From the sequence record DRR723986_9408: a stretch of 54,015 bases of DNA, one strand, 5' to 3'. A model generated the notes under the pieces. It was given only the letters and a program-made list of their open reading frames with translations. It was not told the DNA's origin and did not search any database. The position numbers and the translations under genes are program-made. This document shows, piece after piece, positions 50,337 to 54,015 of the stretch. Position 1 is the first letter of the stretch, and every line of letters starts with the position of its first letter.

Positions 50337-51096
50337 TGCTTTTGGGATCTGCAGGCAAACAATATTACCTCTTTACCGCAGACCTACTTTTGATTCAGCA
50401 CTGGTGACCCAGTTACTTTTTGGAGAATGCTATCAGACGATAGCGATGACTTCTGACCAGCAATGGTTCAAAATTTTGCATGAGGATACCGGGTTAGAAG
50501 GCTGGATCACCACTCATACAATCAAAGAAATTCCGGCAGCTGACTATTACAAGTTTCTAAACACGGACTTTCAGGTGGTCACCAGTCCCATCGCTGCAAT
50601 AGAATACCTTGGTACAAACCTTTATTTACTTCCTGGCAGTAGGCTCCACTTTTCTGACTTGGAGCTTTTTAATTGGCAGGATCATATTGGCTTTACCGGT
50701 TCTGTTCGCAGTCATGCGATAAAAGCAGATAGATCTCAGCTAATCGACGTGGCGGTGAAGTACGTCAATGCTCCCTATCAGGCAGGAGGAAGAAGTATTT
50801 TTGGATTGGATGAGCGACAGGGATTTGAATTAATTTTCAGCATTGCCGGCTATTCGTGGAAGTCGGGAAAAATTCCGGGTAGAAAAATAGATCCTGAGCT
50901 CGTATTGCCGGGTGATTTATTTATTTTCAAGGAGTTAGAGAAGAAGCAAGTCAAATATGCCTTGTATCTTGGAGCTGAAGAAGTATTTTGGATGGACAAT
51001 CGAATAAAAGTATCAGACCTGAGTGAATGGGAAGCCCACTTAAGGAGCAGTAAGGATAAATCGGTGGAGCTAGAAACTCGGTCAATTATAAGTTAA
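50299..51096 (+). CDS. SH3 + NlpC/P60 (C40)-like protein lacking catalytic residues
   Basis: SH3-like LVTQLLFGE...W.KI...EGWI and the NlpC/P60 scaffold [14 protein letters not shown]...PGDLFIF. The DCSG Cys is replaced (DERQG). Confidence 0.75.
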   Translation: MQKEKSSEWPLIDAFGICRQTILPLYRRPTFDSALVTQLLFGECYQTIAMTSDQQWFKILHEDTGLEGWITTHTIKEIPAADYYKFLNTDFQVVTSPIAAIEYLGTNLYLLPGSRLHFSDLELFNWQDHIGFTGSVRSHAIKADRSQLIDVAVKYVNAPYQAGGRSIFGLDERQGFELIFSIAGYSWKSGKIPGRKIDPELVLPGDLFIFKELEKKQVKYALYLGAEEVFWMDNRIKVSDLSEWEAHLRSSKDKSVELETRSIIS

Positions 51097-51099
51097 ACT

Positions 51100-51609
51100 A
51101 TGGAAAAGCGGGTATTGGTATTGAATTTAGATCATTCTCCCGTTGCGGTAGTATCTCCGCAAAAAGCCATTGTCCTGTTACTCTTGGAAAAGGCGAATTG
51201 CCTATCTGTTTATGATTTGCTTCAAATCCGGACTGTAAGCCGCAGTTTCGCATACCCTGCAGTGATCTGCCTCAATCATTATAAAAATATCCCTTACCGA
51301 GGTGTGCTTCTGAATCGTGTAAATCTATTTCGACGAGATAGGGGAGAGTGCCAATATTGTGGAAGTAAAAGGCAATTGACCATAGATCATGTGATCCCTA
51401 GATCTAAAGGGGGTAAATCCAGCTGGACTAATTTGACTACAGCTTGCCATAGATGCAATGTGCTCAAAGGAGATAAAAGTCCAGAGCAAGTGGGACTCAC
51501 CATGCTAAAAAAGCCCTTTAAGCCATCCTTAGCTTATTTTTTATCAGAATATGCGGAAAGGCAAGCTGAAGAGTGGTTGCCGTTTTTGAATGGTAACTTA
51601 GTACAGTAA
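51100..51609 (+). CDS. HNH endonuclease (McrA-like, Zn-binding)
   Basis: VLVLN, RDRGECQYCG, LTIDHVIPRSKGG, WTNL and ACHRCN..KG. Confidence 0.92.
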   Translation: MEKRVLVLNLDHSPVAVVSPQKAIVLLLLEKANCLSVYDLLQIRTVSRSFAYPAVICLNHYKNIPYRGVLLNRVNLFRRDRGECQYCGSKRQLTIDHVIPRSKGGKSSWTNLTTACHRCNVLKGDKSPEQVGLTMLKKPFKPSLAYFLSEYAERQAEEWLPFLNGNLVQ

Positions 51610-51685
51610 TCCTTCTACTAAAGACAAGAAATGGATAATTAAGAAAGCTTATCCTTTCTGGCAAAATAATTGCCTTATTCCTTTT

Positions 51686-52120
51686 ATGTATTTATCGATT
51701 ATCCCCACTCTTTTATTGGCATTTGTTCTTCAAACCAGTCAGGTCAAATTCGAACAGCTTTTAGGTACTTGGCAATTGGTGCATTTCGATGCAATGGATC
51801 AATTGAGAAACTCAAAGGAGTACCAAAATGCAACAGCAGCTATGAGAGCTGGAATGGAATACAAAATCAATAATAGGCTTGAAAATACTGTTTATGAATT
51901 TATTCCCGGTGACAGTTTAAAATACACAGACTATGTGCGCCAAGAAGTAGTGCAAAAACAGGCAAAAGTAGAAATAAGTAAGGAGGATGTACTTACCATT
52001 CAATCTGGAAAAGAAATCAGAAAAGCCAAAATTGTAGAACTTAGCAATGAAAGAATGGTGCTGGAGCCTATCAGCTCTAATCCAGGTTCAGGAAAACTGA
52101 TTTTTGAAAAAATTAAATAG
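51686..52120 (+). CDS. Exported hypothetical protein, lipocalin-like
   Basis: Hydrophobic N-terminus, LLGTWQLV motif and C-terminal IVELSNERMVL...LIFEK strands. Confidence 0.6.
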   Translation: MYLSIIPTLLLAFVLQTSQVKFEQLLGTWQLVHFDAMDQLRNSKEYQNATAAMRAGMEYKINNRLENTVYEFIPGDSLKYTDYVRQEVVQKQAKVEISKEDVLTIQSGKEIRKAKIVELSNERMVLEPISSNPGSGKLIFEKIK

Positions 52121-52186
52121 AGAATAGGTATATCCACATTTTTGCCTGTAAGATGCCAAAAGCAATGTAGGATAGGTATTACTTGA

Positions 52187-52367
52187 GAATTGAAGCCACT
52201 TCGGCCTTCGTTCACCTGCAATGAGCATAGTCGAATTATCGGTATTCCAATCTGATAAGCAATAATCTAAGGCGACTGTCATCATTGAGGATAATCATAT
52301 TTGATAAAGTTGATATCGATCACCATTTCCAAATAAGCTGTTAGACTTTCTGACAGCTTATTTTTTT
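52187..52367 (+). ncRNA. Candidate structured non-coding RNA (family not recognised)
   Basis: 5' hairpin 52187-52213 and nested stems CAATGA/TCATTG, ATAGTCG/CGACTGT and TTATCGG/CTGATAA (52215-52290). It ends in a strong terminator, with no plausible + strand ORF. Confidence 0.45.
52331..52367 (+). terminator. Rho-independent terminator
   Basis: AAATAAGCTGTTAGA-CTT-TCTGACAGCTTATTT followed by T residues (7-T run in total). Confidence 0.8.
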
Positions 52368-52602
52368 GCCTAGTTTATATTACCACCTAGATGATTTTTA
52401 GAAAGGGCAATAAATCCAGTTTTTTTGATCCAATTGTCAAAGACTATTTATTACTCGCTAAGTTGCTGGTTTTGGGGTTTTTATTCCCCGATGTAACTAT
52501 GATAAAATGAGAGGATGTCTCTTTACTGGCTATTTGAGCCCTTTTTTATCAGTTGGTATGATTATGAATCTTTACAGATCGAACCACTAAACACAAAAAA
52601 CT

Positions 52603-52767
52603 ATGTTACGTTGGATATTAATTTTCTTAGTAATCGCTTTGATTGCTGCCGTTTTAGGATTTGGAGGAATTGCTGCTGGCGCAGCTTCTATTGCTCAAAT
52701 CATTTTCTACATTTTCTTGGTATTGCTTGTCATTTCTTTAATCATGCATTTAGTCAGAAAGGCCTGA
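52603..52767 (+). CDS. DUF1328 (UPF0391/YtjA-like) small membrane protein, 54 aa
   Basis: Translated by hand: [55 protein letters not shown]-rich leader. Absent from the ORF track. Confidence 0.92.
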   Translation: MLRWILIFLVIALIAAVLGFGGIAAGAASIAQIIFYIFLVLLVISLIMHLVRKA

Positions 52768-52805
52768 TTAATAGTAAATGAATCACAATTCCAAAATCAA
52801 TTATC

Positions 52806-52842
52806 AGTTTCACGATCCCACTGAAGGGATTGTGAAACTTTT
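52806..52842 (+). terminator. Terminator after DUF1328
   Basis: AGTTTCACGATCCC-ACTGAA-GGGATTGTGAAACT followed by TTT. Confidence 0.65.
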
Positions 52843-52863
52843 GAAAACTTTCATTCAAACCCA

Positions 52864-53580
52864 ATGAATCCTGATCCTAAAAGTCCAATAGTAGTAGAAG
52901 AAAAAACTGGAAGAGGAATAATCCTTGATAGTTTGTTGCAGGGATTTTTGATCCTACTTCCACTTACTATTATTTTGATCATAATATCGATTGTTTTCAA
53001 TTTTATTTTCGGGATAGTGGCGCCCCTAAGTGCTGCTCTCGATCCTGGGTCTGAAGAACCTCATTGGTTGATCAATGTGCTTTCTCTGGCCATTCTTTGT
53101 GTTTTCATCTTCTTAATTGGCCTACTGGTTCGTAATAAGGTAGGTCGTGTGTATTTCAAAAGATTTGAGAGAAAATACCTAACTAAAATTCCACTTTATA
53201 ATTTGATTCACCAGACGGTTTATCAATTTGTGGGACTAAAAAAACTTCCATTTTCTGAGGTAGTATTACTTGATCCTTTCCGCTCAGGAACCATGATGAC
53301 AGGATTTATTACCGATCAGATTGGTGAGGATTTGTACACCATTTTTGTACCCACAGCTCCAAACCCGACGAATGGTAATATTTATCATGTACCTAAGGAG
53401 CTTTTAACCTTTCTAAGTACATCCACACAAGACGCTATGCGGACTGTGATGGGGATGGGTACAGGAACAGGGGATATGCTTTCAGGGATGAATTTGTCGG
53501 AAATACTGCCTAAAGGTTCTGAACGCGAAATTATCAAAGGGAAAATCGTAGACGATAGCTTGGATCCCTTACCGTCCTGA
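52864..53580 (+). CDS. DUF502-family membrane protein
   Basis: GFLILLP, KIPLY..I, GFIT and FVPTAPNPTNG. Confidence 0.9.
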   Translation: MNPDPKSPIVVEEKTGRGIILDSLLQGFLILLPLTIILIIISIVFNFIFGIVAPLSAALDPGSEEPHWLINVLSLAILCVFIFLIGLLVRNKVGRVYFKRFERKYLTKIPLYNLIHQTVYQFVGLKKLPFSEVVLLDPFRSGTMMTGFITDQIGEDLYTIFVPTAPNPTNGNIYHVPKELLTFLSTSTQDAMRTVMGMGTGTGDMLSGMNLSEILPKGSEREIIKGKIVDDSLDPLPS

Positions 53581-53589
53581 TCTGAAGAG

Positions 53590-53919
53590 TTAATGCGGTG
53601 ACACAACTTTTAGCCCAATGATAGACATAATCAAAGTGGCCAGAAAAAATACACGCCAAAATTCTGCGGATTCTTTAAATACAAAAATCCCTACCAAAAC
53701 AGTTCCTACAGCTCCTATTCCAGTCCAAACTGCATATGCTGTGCCAATGGGTAACGTTTGGGTTGCTTTGATGAGAAGTAACATGCTAATGGTAAGACAG
53801 ACAGCAAAGCCCGCGTACCAACCATAAACAGCCATACCAGTTGCAAGTTTTGCTTTGCCTAAGCATGAAGCAAAACCCACTTCAAACAAGCCCCCTATTA
53901 TTAATAAAATCCAATTCAT
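53590..53919 (-). CDS. SMR-family (SugE/Gdx-like) small multidrug transporter
   Basis: MNWILLIIGGLFEVG (conserved Glu), LPIGTAYAVWTGIG, 4 TM segments. Confidence 0.9.
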   Translation of the reverse strand: MNWILLIIGGLFEVGFASCLGKAKLATGMAVYGWYAGFAVCLTISMLLLIKATQTLPIGTAYAVWTGIGAVGTVLVGIFVFKESAEFWRVFFLATLIMSIIGLKVVSPH

Positions 53920-54015
53920 ATTGCTGATATTTTAAGTGAAAAGCTTTGAGCTATCGTGGTATTAAAAGAAGTGTGTAAATCTCTGTTATGTATATCCGCT
54001 TTTCTACCAGTAAAG

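Noticed and set aside
50336-52400. tmRNA (ssrA) gene or integrated element next to smpB
   Set aside because: No tmRNA-like termini, integrase or att repeats were seen.
52515-52781. 88-aa plus-strand ORF
   Set aside because: It is an alternative frame over the real DUF1328 gene (52603-52767).
53920-54015. Guanidine riboswitch upstream of the SugE/Gdx-like gene
   Set aside because: No twin ACGR-loop hairpins or other ykkC-type motif in the available 96 nt; the region is truncated by the window edge.

Overview
This is chromosomal DNA from a Bacteroidota bacterium. Gene content (SusC/SusD, ECF/FecR, TAnnTTTG-type promoter motifs, tamB-tsaD-smpB order) suggests Cytophagales, possibly Cyclobacteriaceae or Algoriphagus-like; that placement is inference. 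The most striking feature is a PUL-like operon (1432-14334): ECF sigma, FecR, STN-SusC and SusD, with no glycoside hydrolases or lyases. Instead it carries two tandem pairs of a signal-peptide-bearing RraA/HMG-aldolase-like protein plus a twin-arginine (Tat) enolase-superfamily dehydratase, followed by a BASS-family symporter. This looks like an exported, periplasmic acid-sugar dehydratase/aldolase pathway. The middle of the window holds accessory genes: an orphan BACON-GH5, an MFS pump, a sulfatase, a DEAD-box helicase, a CxxCH lipoprotein/Tat TIM-barrel/SDR operon, LemA-DUF2207, katG and a CE4-GntP/GH20 divergon. The right end is housekeeping: Smr, photolyase, tamB, tsaD, smpB, a degenerate NlpC/P60, HNH, DUF1328, DUF502 and an SMR transporter. 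Several intergenic regions carry REP/MITE-like palindromic elements, but no transposase is present. A structured, terminator-ended candidate ncRNA lies at about 52187-52367. No rRNA, tRNA, CRISPR array, integrase or prophage was seen.
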